A stretch of DNA of 64,000 bases from the human T2T-CHM13v2.0 reference genome, Homo sapiens. Both the position numbers and the translations under genes were made by a program. This document shows, piece after piece, positions 48,496 through 64,000 of the stretch (the stretch's first letter is position 1; each line of letters begins with the position of its first letter). Under the pieces are notes generated by a model. That model saw only the letters and a list, made by a program, of their open reading frames with translations. It was not told the DNA's origin and ran no database searches. The stretch lies in the NCBI RefSeq assembly GCF_009914755.1, contig NC_060927.1; one strand, given 5' to 3'.

Positions 48496-49256
48496 CTACA
48501 GGGAGAGACACACACCACTGTCAACATCTCCACGGCACTCACACACAATGCCATAGTTTTATGTTAAGTTAGAAAGAGTAGGCAGCTCCACTCAGGGACC
48601 AGTGCGCAAGCAAAGCAAAACTTTGGAGGACCCAATTATTACAAGCTGCCTGCAGTAACTTACTCAGGGCATTCTGCAGGAGCTAGGTCTAATTGCAAAC
48701 TTTCTTCCTTACAGGACATCATCAAAACCATTACTCTTTCTAATGTAACATAAACCTATCAATGAGCTGAAATTAACTCTAAACACATGGTCATTCAAAA
48801 GTATAGCTTTGACCTTATTCCAGTATCTCCACACATGGATACATTTCTTTACATGAAATTAAGACCTTTTTTTTGGATCGTTTCAAACGTGCTTATTTGA
48901 TAAAAAGGAACAGTGTACCTACAGTTGTACTGGGGAAGAGTGAGAAGTGCATTTGCAAAACATTCCTGAAAATAAACATCAGCAGTTTAATAGTACAGAA
49001 GAGAGCAAACAAAGCAGGCTATCAAAAATCCAGAGACCCTCCCATGGGCCCGCCCCACTCCCGACTCCCTCCCAAAAATGAAAACATGTTACCTCAGGTA
49101 GCATATGTCTAACACCACCTGCAGAGGGAAGGCGGCCAGCCCCCAAGAACCACCGAGTGCCACCTCCAGCTGAGGTCCTGCAACGCCGGAGCACACACTC
49201 ACACAAGGCACATTCAGCAACAGTATTAAATACCAGGAAGTGGGAAGGAATGTACT

Positions 49257-49262
49257 TTTATT
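49257..49262 (-). terminator. Intronic polyadenylation signal (AATAAA), probably for short ABCC5 isoforms
   Basis: tttatt on the plus strand; on the minus strand it has a U-rich upstream region and a GU-rich downstream element (tgaatgtgccttgtgtgagtgtgtg). Confidence 0.6.
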
Positions 49263-50295
49263 GAAAATGAAAAAATATAAAAGTACCATCTTCAAAGAGC
49301 ATCTCACAAACACTGTACAGCAGGTGAAGCATTGCAGTAACATACATTGAAACATACAGAGTCGAGTTATACAGGACTAGCCATCTAACAGGTCATCTGG
49401 TCTCCGACGGTTGTTTAACGACACACAGTAGAAATAGAGAATAGAACCCATATCTGTTTCCAGAGTCCAAAGTAGTATATCAGGCTGACAGCACTCAATC
49501 AGTGAGGGCTCCTGAGGTTGCAATGATTCTGCAACGGAGTAGATTCTCTAGGAAAAAAGACCTTGCTGCTAAGGAAAGAGAATTAAAAACAAAACAAAAC
49601 GAAAAGCTCCCCAAAGAGGTACTCTGCTCAAAATGGCTGGTGCTACTGGTGCACTAAGTTGTGAGGAATTACCTCTGCTCGGGACAGAATAAAAAATCCT
49701 AGGCCTCAAGGAAAAACTGGTGGCATCCTTCTGGGTCTTTTCAAGTCCTTGCATCTAAAAATCAATCTTGACAAAAATAAAACAAAAAGCCACAACAAAA
49801 GAAAGCCAAACCAATCCCCCACCCTAAAGGAAGAAAAAAATTGATGTGAAGCCCATCCACCCTTCTACCCAGGTGCCTTATAGCAAAGGTGACTGCAGCT
49901 GTAAGTCAGAGCTGAATGACAGACAAAAATGGAGGCCAGACACCACGGTCTGGAGGTAGCTACGCTGAATTCCAGAACCCAGACTCTCTCTGGGTTAATT
50001 TCTTGTTTTTCCTGAGATTAAATTAATACCAGATGTCCACTAGGTCCTAGGAGATCCCCACCAATCAGATTTTTGCCAAGTCCCAGGAAATAACCTGATC
50101 AAATAGGAGACTTCAGATTCCAAGAACTACTGTATTCCACCTCTCCCCTCCCTCAGATTTTTAGGTTTATATCCATTGCTTGGGTCACCACTGTATACAG
50201 CCGGGTTGCTGGTTTACTAGCAAGAAGATTGGCTTCTTTTCCAGTATGCAATCCAAAATGTGGAACTGAGTCACAGGGCCAAAGCCCCCTTTTCC

Positions 50296-50382
50296 TCACG
50301 TGAAGCAACTCAGTAAGATGGCGGTGCAGTGAAGCCTGTTCCCACACACCTCGGCACTGATGGAGCAGTCTCCAAAGGAAGG
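50296..50382 (-). CDS. ABCC5: Third intron-5 alternative acceptor giving PSFGDCSISAEVCGNRLHCTAILLSCFT*
   Basis: ctgctgtcctttcag|CCTTCC...ACGTGA, in frame after exon 5. Confidence 0.65.
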   Translation of the reverse strand, partial: PSFGDCSISAEVCGNRLHCTAILLSCFT

Positions 50383-50791
50383 CTGAAAGGACAGCAGGTG
50401 GTTGCCTTGGGCTCCTTCCTTCCCATACCTTTAGAGTGCCATTTTTCAGCACTGGGTAATAGCATCAGCGCCTCCCAGATGGGAGGAGCAGGGAAGGTAA
50501 AAGACATAGTGAATGTTTACACTATGCGAAACTTTCAAAGGGGGGGAAAAAGAGGAAACAGCAGATTAAAGAAGTTCCAACACATCGGGTTTTTAAATAA
50601 CAATGACATTTCAAACCATTTTTTAGGGGATAAAGAAAAAAGAGGTTTTCATGAAAAATCCAACCAAAATTTAGTTTTTAAAAAGTTACAAATGTATCAT
50701 TTAAATCTAAACAAACTGGAAGAAAACTTGAGACTGTTAGCATAGCTGTCTGGCTGTGGAAAGCATTCCCAGTGAATAAACATTACCTTAC

Positions 50792-50866
50792 CTGAACTCT
50801 TGGCGAGAGATTCTGCCCAGCTTGACTCTCTCATTCTGACCGCAGAATACAGCCATCCTGAAAATT
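50792..50866 (-). CDS. ABCC5: Alternative exon in intron 5 (NFQDGCILRSE*; stop at 50831-50833); either a 75-nt poison cassette or the start of an alternative terminal exon
   Basis: ctgttctttag|AATTTTCAG...GAATGA; donor CAG|gtaagg at 50792; matches my recollection of the 208-aa short ABCC5 isoform. Confidence 0.8.
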
Positions 50867-50895
50867 CTAAAGAACAGCTTCTGTCACTGGTTCCA

Positions 50896-50943
50896 CTACA
50901 GAGAGACTCCCCCCAAATCCAGATCCTGACAGCACCAAGCAAG
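50896..50943 (-). CDS. ABCC5: Alternative intron-5 acceptor giving truncated C-terminus LAWCCQDLDLGGVSL*
   Basis: ctctctccacctgcag|CTTGCTTGG...CTGTAG, in frame after exon 5; the peptide resembles a short ABCC5 isoform I recall (not verified here). Confidence 0.65.
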   Translation of the reverse strand, partial: LAWCCQDLDLGGVSL

Positions 50944-53257
50944 CTGCAGGTGGAGAGAGGTTGGAAGGGTGGGAAACTTACCTCTCTAAGGGTTTTACAC
51001 TGTCCTTTCCCCAAAAGGCCCTCGAGCAGAGTTAGCATTCACCAAGAGAGAGCACTGCAGGAGGCGGCCTTCTCTTGCAGATCTACAGTGCGATGCTAAT
51101 TCTTTATACACAGATCATAGGTGAGGCCTGGTCTTTTAGAACTGTCTTAATCCAAAAAGGCCCCAAAGCATCTCTGTAAGTGTAGCAATGTGGCTACACA
51201 GGACCACACTGTTAGAGATTCTGGTACTCCATTAACATTACTATGACCCCCGGGCACCCTGCACATATAGCGGCAGTCCCCACCGGCGTCACCAAAACCT
51301 TGGATCATCTTGGTGTATAAATGTCAGCATCAGCTGGCTGGCAGGTAAAAACAAACAGAACACAACAACTTGACTGTGTTTCATTTGTTCTGATTATGGC
51401 TACCAAGGTTCGGTGAAACCCGAGCAGGGACAAGAAATAAAAATGCCATTTTATTTGGGGAGCCCGTATGTGGGCAGTCTGTCCTTACACAGGTTTCTGT
51501 AAGAACAGATTAAGCTAGTTTGAAAGTCGTGCCAGATTAGAAAACTTGTAAAAATCTAAAACGAAATGTTCCTCAAAAGGATTTAAGTCCACAGACAGGA
51601 GGTTTACTCACTGCTAGTACTAATCTCAAAACCAGCCTGGTTTTTCAATTTCCAATGAAAAAGAAACATATTAGAATTGGAGTTCCAAAAAAGGAAGTGT
51701 GTATTGTTTACACTTTCAAATCTATAAAAGAGATTATGGATGAGTCCATTACTTTCTCAGCTCTAGGACAGAATCCCATGAAATAACACTGGCCTTAAGG
51801 TGCTCTTCCCTGAAACGGCAGAGAGAAGAAAAAGCATGCTGCTGCTTTCCTGTTAAAGGAGGGCTCTTAGCTTTCCCTGGCAGCTAGAACAGTTTCCTAG
51901 AGGTTAGTACCCCAGTGTTCTGCACCATAAATGAGAGAATAAGGAATATACGGATGTTCAGGGGAGGGACTGTGAAGCCACCAAGCTGAATACGGATAGG
52001 TACCATTTTTTTCAAAAAATAAAAAATAAAAATCCCAGCAATCCATGGAATTTTTTTTAGAGGGGAGCCAATGAAGTTCTTGCATTGGCCAAATGGAATC
52101 AAGAAAGCCCATGATCACTTTATTCGCAAAGCCTGCATATGGTGCTACCCAGAGGAATGAATTCTATGAGATCAGAGCAGCCACCAGCCCTGTAGTGAAA
52201 CAATGACAGAAGCTCTTCTTGGGGGAAGCTGGCTCTATGAAAATGTTTGCCATTTTGGTAAATTACATAACACAACATTTCAGTTACATGGTCCTTCTTA
52301 CTTAAAACTTTTATATAAAGTATGTTAGTTGGTCAATTATTAATAATATAGAAACCCAATACCAGAAAAGTAGTGTTCTCTGCTTCAGAAAAGAGATCAA
52401 AACTTTAACAAGAGGCATCAAACGTTAAAAAAATAAAAACAAAAACAAAACTGCAAATTAGTTTTACCTAATTGCCATGCATCTTAGGCACATACTTACC
52501 AAAACCATGAACCTCCAGCTTACCCACATATGGAAAACGCACAGTACAAGCAGTACTACTGCTCCGATGCCTCAAGGCAAATGTGTAGAGAATAGATTTA
52601 ATCAAGGTCTCAAGTGTAAGGCAGCACAGCAGGTGTAAGAAACAGGTGCCCAGGAAACAGAGTGAACGTCAAAGGCTCTCTTGTCTACTCTGCATCAGTA
52701 CAGACTGGGGAAAACCACGGCTGCCACCCCAACACTTGCCACACAGTCACACTATAAGCCAAACTTAAACGGACTCCAGGTCAGACTCTAAAATCCTCGA
52801 CAGTCCTCTAGTTTTCTCAGGGCTTATTTGCCACAGACCTGCCAAACATGTGATAACTGCCTCCAGGCACTTGGTATGTTCCCAGTGCTGGCTCACCAGC
52901 CCGGGCCACACAACGTGCTCTCACCCACTCATAGCACTGCAAGACACATCTGCCTGCACCGACTGTCAGTTCATGTTAACACACAACCGAGAAGCACAGT
53001 CCTGTGCAGAACTGGAGTCAGTTCCATTTCACCCCCACCCAGAAATCAAGCCAGTTCCATTTCTTCTCTGGCAACACTGCCCTTTCATCCTTCCAGCTGT
53101 TGCCAAAATCCATCGACCCCTTTCAACAGACCTGAAGGCATCTCTAAGACTGCTACCTAGCCCAAAGCTGAGCACAACCTCTGCAACAGAATAAGAGTGT
53201 TAGAGCTGGCCGTGGCCGGGCCCCTGGAGACTGTCGGAAAGGATGGTTAGAACTTAC

Positions 53258-53405
53258 TGGTCCACTGAAGCCAGCCAGCTGCGTGATCATCAGGCACACG
53301 ATGGACAGGATGAGCCTGGTGCGGCAGAAGATCCACACAACCCTTCGCAGGGAAGCAGCGTCTGGCCCAACTTCATTCAGCTCTTCTTGCCACAGTCTCT
53401 CTAGT
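53258..53405 (-). CDS. ABCC5: ABCC5 exon 5 (148 nt; LERLWQEEL...LAGFSGP)
   Basis: ttaag|ACTAGAG ... GGACCA|gtaagt; matches ORF 53153..53419. Confidence 0.96.
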
Positions 53406-54059
53406 CTTAACAAGGGCACACGTCCTCGTTACACATCTCCTCGGGGGAAAGGCACACCTAGCTCCCCGCCTGCCACCACTTTTTGTCTCCAGGTTTTGCC
53501 ACCACTCACACAAGTCTCTCCTTTAAAATTATGTACATAGTCTTCACCTTCTGGGAAAAAATACCCTTCCTAGGGAACTACACATTTACCCTGTATAAGG
53601 AGCCTCCCAGGATACAGAAAATGATGAGAGCAAAAGCCTTTCTTTCCACCCAGGAAAATGATCCCTGAATGCAATTTGTGAATAAGAACTTTCTTTTTCA
53701 GGGGCCCCCAACCCTTTCTGAAGGTTCCTGTGGTAAAATGTAAAGTTGTAAACTACATTTTAATCATGACAATCAGCTACCACAAAAATGTATTCTGTCA
53801 CAAGGCAGCAACATAATCTCCCTGCAGACTCAGGAAGAGAAGCGGGGCTGAGAGAGAGAGAGAAAGCCCGTGGTTAAAACAGGATCAAAGGTGAAATAGG
53901 AGATAAAGCAAAAGAGCAAAGAGAAAGTCATCCCCAGGCCGCCCGCCCTCCACTGGACAGCTCGGCTCTTTAAAGACACAGAGCTGTGGACTTCACACTC
54001 CTAGCTCAGGCCCTGCCCACCCGGCATGGGGGAGATGAGGGTGGACCAGAGGCGCCTAC

Positions 54060-54215
54060 CTTCTGCAGTTCACGTCAGAAGACTCGTGCTTGGACAGAGA
54101 CCACACGTCTTCCATTGAGAGCTCCCCCTTCTTGTGGGCCACACGGGCCAGAGAAGAAAGCCACGAAAAAGTCATACAGGAAAAAAGCCCAGCATTGTCC
54201 ACTGGGTGCTGGTGT
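54060..54215 (-). CDS. ABCC5: ABCC5 exon 4 (156 nt; HQHPVDNAGLFS...DVNCRR, lasso motif region)
   Basis: ccttag|ACACCAG ... AGAAG|gtagg. Confidence 0.96.
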
Positions 54216-54371
54216 CTAAGGAGAGAAAACCGAAATCACAAAGCTATCAACACGCACGGAGAGGGCAGCCCGTGTTTAATGGACACTGTTTAGTGAACAC
54301 AGCTCTTAGCTAAAGACCAGTCTCCCCAGCTGATCTAATCTTAGCCTGAATGTTCTAAAACGGCTTTGATG

Positions 54372-54668
54372 GGCCGGGCGCGGTGGCTCACACCTGTAAT
54401 CCCAGCACTTTGGGAGGCCGAGGCGGGCAGATCATGAGGTCAGGAGATTGAGACTATCCTGGCCAATATGGTGTAACCCCGTCTCTACTAAAAATACAAA
54501 AAAATTAGCTGGGCTTGGTGGTGGTGCACGCCTGTAGTCCCAGCTACTCAGGAGGCTGAGAGGCAGGAGAATCACTTGAACCCAGGAGGCGGAGGTTGCA
54601 GTGAGCCGAGATCATGCCACTGGCGACAGAGCAAGACTCCATCTCAAAAAAAAAAAAAAAAAAAAAAA
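54372..54668 (+). mobile_element. Alu (AluSc-like) in intron 3
   Basis: Alu consensus; TSD-like ctttgatg. Confidence 0.9.
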
Positions 54669-54711
54669 GGCCTTTGATGCTTCACTGTCATCACTCAGCA
54701 CGGCATCTTAC

Positions 54712-54869
54712 TTGGAAGTAGTCCGGATGGGCTTCAGAGCACTCAAGCCATGATGGTACTTTCCCTTGGGATGCTCCTCATCCAGGATTCTGAGCTGAGA
54801 ATGCATGGAGGCATCAAGAGAGAGGCCCTCGGCTCGGGCTGCTGTTTCCAAGGCATCTTGGCATTCCAA
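54712..54869 (-). CDS. ABCC5: ABCC5 exon 3 (158 nt; LECQDALE...PIRTTSK)
   Basis: aacag|TTGGAATGC ... TTCCAA|gtaag. Confidence 0.95.
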
Positions 54870-55279
54870 CTGTTCCAGCAGATAGGGAGAAAGGCAAGAG
54901 CACAGTTAATACACAGGCGAGAGGCAAACGGAACTGATGAAACAGCTCAAACTGCAAACTGGACTCATCTTAACTGAGAAATTCCAAGCAAGGGTCAGGA
55001 GGTTAAACACTAACTTTGTATGATTTGAACCCATTGGGGAACATTAAGCTAGATATTTAAAAATTTTAAACAGTTTTCTTTTTTTTTTTTTTTAGCATCT
55101 TTAGGTTTTACAGAAAAACTAATCAGATAGTACAGAATGCTCCCATATACCTCTGTACCTCTCCCGTCCTCCTCATCTGTTTTTCCTATTATTAACATCT
55201 TCCATTAGTGTGGTACCTTTGTTACAATTGATGAGCCAATACAGATTCATTATTAACTGAAGTCCATAGGTTACATTAG

Positions 55280-55890
<611 letters not shown>

Positions 55891-56509
55891 TTATGGACCA
55901 CTCTTTGTGTTCTATGTTCTAAAATTTACATTTTTATTACCAAATGTTTTATCTTCTGTTTCCCAATATGGATTGAGAGTCAATTATTTCACTACTAACT
56001 GAAAATCTGATTGCCCATTTCCTATGACAAAAATTTCCATCAGCCCCAATTAAACAGCCCTGCCACACAGAAAGAGCCTGGATGTACACGTGCCTCCCCT
56101 GTCGCAGCAGCAGCAGGGAGAACAGAACGTGAGTTCTCATCCTGGCTGCACAGCTGAAGAGCTCTACACTTCCCTGCAGCACGCAGCAAAGGATCTCATG
56201 AGCTGAAATATAAAGTTACACGTATTTACTAACTAGAAAGTGTATAAATGTTCGTTCATTAGATTAACAAAAGTGCATGCAAAAGTGCATTCTAAGTCTG
56301 ACTGTGGCAGAAGAGGGTGGGTCAAGAATCTAGACACACTTATCCCCCGTTTACTCTAAAAGTAACTCAAACGTTTATGCTTTCCTGTTGTAGAAGCAGA
56401 AGCTTCATTTTCCTCAATTTCCTTATCTTCCTTTTCTGTCTTAGCAGTGAAAGTCACATTATTACAAATATTTCCAGCAATTATTGTGAAACAGTAAAAA
56501 ACAGATCTC

Positions 56510-56852
<343 letters not shown>

Positions 56853-57499
56853 TCAAGAAAAAGTTAAGTGGTTTAGCACCTAACACACCAAGCCTTATAC
56901 AAAGCAGTTGATTTTTATACATCACCTCCTTTCCCACCAAAGAACAGCGGGAACTTAAACATTAACAGAACTGAACGGGTAGAATTTTGTATACAGGAGT
57001 CAGCTGGATGCCTGGGCAGATCAAACACAATAGCTTTAGTTCACAGCACAGTTAAGTATCTTTAGATAACTTCTGGTATTAGGAAAGCACATAGCCCTGC
57101 AAAGCACACTCCTTTCCTTTTGTCAAAGGCAAGTCAGACCAGTTTCAAGAGAATAATGGTACAACATGACAGGAGTCAACAACAAGAACGAACTCGCTCT
57201 TAAATGAAGTCCTTATGTATAAGGTCAACACTTAATTTAGTGGTTAGGGACTACGGCACTTGATAATGAGCTGAGGACTGCTGAGATTTAAGTACATTAC
57301 AAAGGTTTTTCTTACCTATGAGCTGCATATAATCACAAGGGGAAGGAAAAAACCTCCTGGATTGAGAGAGAAAGATACACTAAAAATACAAGCACACCTA
57401 CTTTAAGTGAGTAGAAACTGGGAATCTGTACAGAGTAGGTACAGAATGTTACAGGGACCAGCCTTATTTGGATATCCAAAGCTTCAGAAGATGACAAAA

Positions 57500-58010
57500 G
57501 ATCTGAAAAATGTCACTTCAAATACATTGCCAAAATGGACTATACATTGGGCTATAAAGCAAACCTCAACAAATCTCAAGACTGACATCATGTATACATG
57601 CACTCTGACCACTTTAGGATTTAATTAGAGTTCAGTAACAAAGATTTTTAAAATATCTGAATGTTCAGAAATTATGCAATATACTTCTAAGTAATGTAAG
57701 TGAAAGAAAACATCAAACGGGCATGACAATTTGTACCTATATAATCTCAACTTCTCAGGAGGCTGAGGTGGGAGGATTGCTTGAGCTCAGGAGTTTGAGG
57801 CTGCAGTGAACTTTGATCTCACCACTACACTCCAGACTGGGCAACAGAACAAGACTCTATCTCTTTAAATTAATAAATAAAAAGAAGGCATTAAATGGAA
57901 ACCAGAACATATTCTGTGCTAAACAGTATGAAACTGCAATACATCAACATCTCTGGGATGCAGCTAAAACAGAGAATAAGGTGAGATTTTCATCGCTTTC
58001 AAAGCATATA
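57500..58010 (+). mobile_element. Old L1M fragment with a partial Alu (about 57716-57882)
   Basis: acattgggctataaagcaaacctcaacaaat...caacatctctgggatgcagctaaa, an L1 ORF2 endonuclease-region match. Confidence 0.55.
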
Positions 58011-58323
<313 letters not shown>

Positions 58324-58337
58324 TCAATGCTTTAAGC

Positions 58338-59200
<863 letters not shown>

Positions 59201-59395
59201 TATTTCTATGTGGCAAAATATATATAACATAAAATTTGCCATTTTAGCCATTTTAAGTGTATAGAATTCAGAGGCATTAATTATATTCACAATACTATAC
59301 AACCATTGCCACTATTTCCAAAATACATGGATCTTGAAATATGGAAATTTGCCTCATACATCATCGAGGTCTAAAAATCACTACTAGAACTGTAA

Positions 59396-59681
<286 letters not shown>

Positions 59682-59779
59682 GAGATCTCACTTCTTGTTT
59701 AACTTTTGATAGCACAAGAAGTATATAAAGCAGCTTGACATTATTTATGATTCAAATATTAGTTGTCATTGAAATTACT

Positions 59780-61592
<1,813 letters not shown>

Positions 61593-63272
61593 CAGAAGGG
61601 TTCTATAAACATCTTTGATGTTTGAGAAGCATCAGAAGAGGAAAACTTGGCAAGCAATCCATCAGTATGTTTACATGAGCATGGCATATTAGCATTAATA
61701 GGAAACCAGAATCTTCACAGCTTTCATCCATTCTTTCCACAAATAACTTACCGAGTGCCTCCGATCTGTAAGACTATTCCAGATGGTGGGAACCAAAAAA
61801 ATGCCAGTTCCTATGTGTATAACACACTGATTTCATTTTCTTCATTTCTAAAATGCCTAGTGACAGTTTTCACTAAAACCTATTCATAGAAAACTAAATG
61901 GACTTAATATTTTTAAAATCCTCTGATTGCATGGTTTTTGTTCTTTTTACTATATATAACTATGTCATGTTTCACCACCTCCTAGGTAGTAAGTTACTTC
62001 CTATATTGGAAAACATCAAAATCAAAGGCTCTTTTTAAAAAGATTCAAATGAAAGCTGCCAGGCAAGTCTTCATTCCCCAGGTTTCTCGTGAGTACTGCA
62101 GTGGCACTACTGATGGCAGAGACTCAGGGCTCTCCTGCTGCCTTTGGTTTTAGAACAGGCACTCAGTGCAATTTTATCCTAACAAACCCCCATAAAAGTG
62201 GTTGAAATAGCACTAATCTCAGAATTCTCATGTAACAAAGCATGGAGTAGAAATTCTCACAGTAAGAGGATGGAAAAGTCTATATTGTTGATCAAAAAGA
62301 ATCAAACCTTGCTACTCTAAGCAACGAACTTTCCAAGTCACATCCTGTCCCTGTTATTCTTTCCTAAACGTTTTCCCAAATTGTCAATCTTGTTGTCATA
62401 TCTTTACACATTGCCCAAGTCAGGAAAATGAAATATCTGATGGAAATACAGGATATGATACAGGATCTTCTCCTTTGAAGGAACCACTGTCCTACTCCAT
62501 ATTTGCACCTACCTCCTTCAGAGACAGGTCTCTCAAAACAATAAGCAACAGATATTCAGCTGTTGGCAAGAACTTTCAAATGTTAACATGAAAAATAAAT
62601 AAATAAAAAATAAAAACAAGAGAAAATAATTCTCTTACTCCAACAAAACTATTTTTTCTTATGGCCTTAAAGTATGAAGATCTCCACAGGCAGAATTTTC
62701 CCACAGCTGGAAGCCATAGTAAATACAGTGATTTCAAACATGAATTTTAGAAGATAGATACAGATTTAAGTTTCAGTTTACTCATTTTTACAATGATACA
62801 TGCATCTACCACATAGGGATGAGAGGAATTAATGGGATAATTAAAAGTGCTTAGCAAAATATTGGGTATATAATAAACATTCAATACATGTTAGCTATAT
62901 TATCCCAATTTACTTAGCCAATAAATCTTAGGGTCTGTCTCAACGATTTCTTCTTTCCTTTAGTTTTCCCTGACTCTTTCAAGGTCGGGGAACTTACTTC
63001 CTTCCTCCTATGTCTTCCCTGTACCTATACCACCACAGCCCAATGCTTCTGGTAAGAGCTCCTAGAGGGCAAGCTGTCTTCCTCTTGTTTATATCCCTGG
63101 CCTCTGGCATAGTAGAGAGTTTGGCACCCAGTATTCAAACGTCAATGAAAACACCTTCAAAATACCTTCTTTCCCTTACATTCTACATATCATCAATTAA
63201 TGCTACATGATATACCACTGAGGCGATCTTACCCATTCCACTTCTGTTTAGATTCTCTAGCTGTTTTGCTTA

Positions 63273-63574
63273 TTATTATTTTTGTCTGAGACAGGATTTT
63301 GCTCTGTCACCCAGGCTGGAATGCAGTGGCACAATCATAGCTCACTGCAGCTTTGACCTCCCTGGCTCAAGCAATCTCCCACCTCAGCCTCCAGAGTAGC
63401 TGGGACTACAGGCATGCACTACCACCATGTCTGGCTAATTTTTTTATTTTTTGTAGAGACGGGTTCTTACTATGTTGCCAAGGCTGGTCTTGAGCTCCTG
63501 GGCTCAAGCAATCAATCCTCCATTCTTGGCTTCGGAAAGTGCTGGGATTACAGGTATGAGTCTCCACACCCAGC
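63273..63574 (-). mobile_element. Alu (AluJ-like)
   Basis: Alu consensus; TSD ttttgcttattatt. Confidence 0.88.
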
Positions 63575-64000
63575 TTTTGCTTATTATTAATAGTATAATA
63601 TACAATTATAGTTTTATTTTTCTCCTTCTAGATTATTTAGGATAAATTCTATCCCTGGGGTTACAGGATTAAAAAAATGTAGCTCCTAGCAATTAGACTT
63701 CTACCCAGTTTGCCCCAATTAACTTTATTACAGGATATGTGCTCCAGTATTATTGCAAAAGAGAATTGCTATTAACTTTAGTACTTTCACTTCTATTTTG
63801 TGGACCTCAGGTTGTCTTGACATTAGCAAGAAATAAAGGAAGCTATAGCAATCTTCCTTGTGTACAGCCAAATCTCACGACTAGTATGCATTTATAAAGG
63901 CAAGCTTTTCACTTAAAGGTAATTAAGAAAATTTATACAAATTTATAACAAACCAACATAGCATGTACTATGTGCCAGACACTGTTTTAAATGGTTTACA

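Overview
Human (primate) genomic DNA covering the middle of ABCC5 (MRP5, an ABCC-family ABC exporter) on the minus strand. I traced 24 consecutive coding exons, numbered 3-26 by the canonical transcript (from memory). They span 54869->3580, total 3725 nt, stay in frame and encode about aa 44-1285: lasso region, TMD1, NBD1, TMD2 and the start of NBD2. The gene's start and end lie outside the window. Introns hold about 47 Alu copies, MaLR and MER4-type solo LTRs, hAT/Tigger DNA transposon relics, and L1/L2/MIR fragments. The main points of interest are: (1) a 2.4-kb, indel-free 32-bp minisatellite born inside an L1 3' end, which places about 68 GCAUG (RBFOX-type) motifs on the pre-mRNA of intron 17; (2) an Alu-free intron 5 packed with stop-containing alternative exons and an intronic poly(A) signal; (3) a candidate 36-nt poison micro-exon just before exon 11; (4) a GC-AG intron; (5) an Alu flanked by a 75-bp direct repeat. 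Exon coordinates were read to the base. Repeat boundaries and subfamilies are approximate and assigned by eye.
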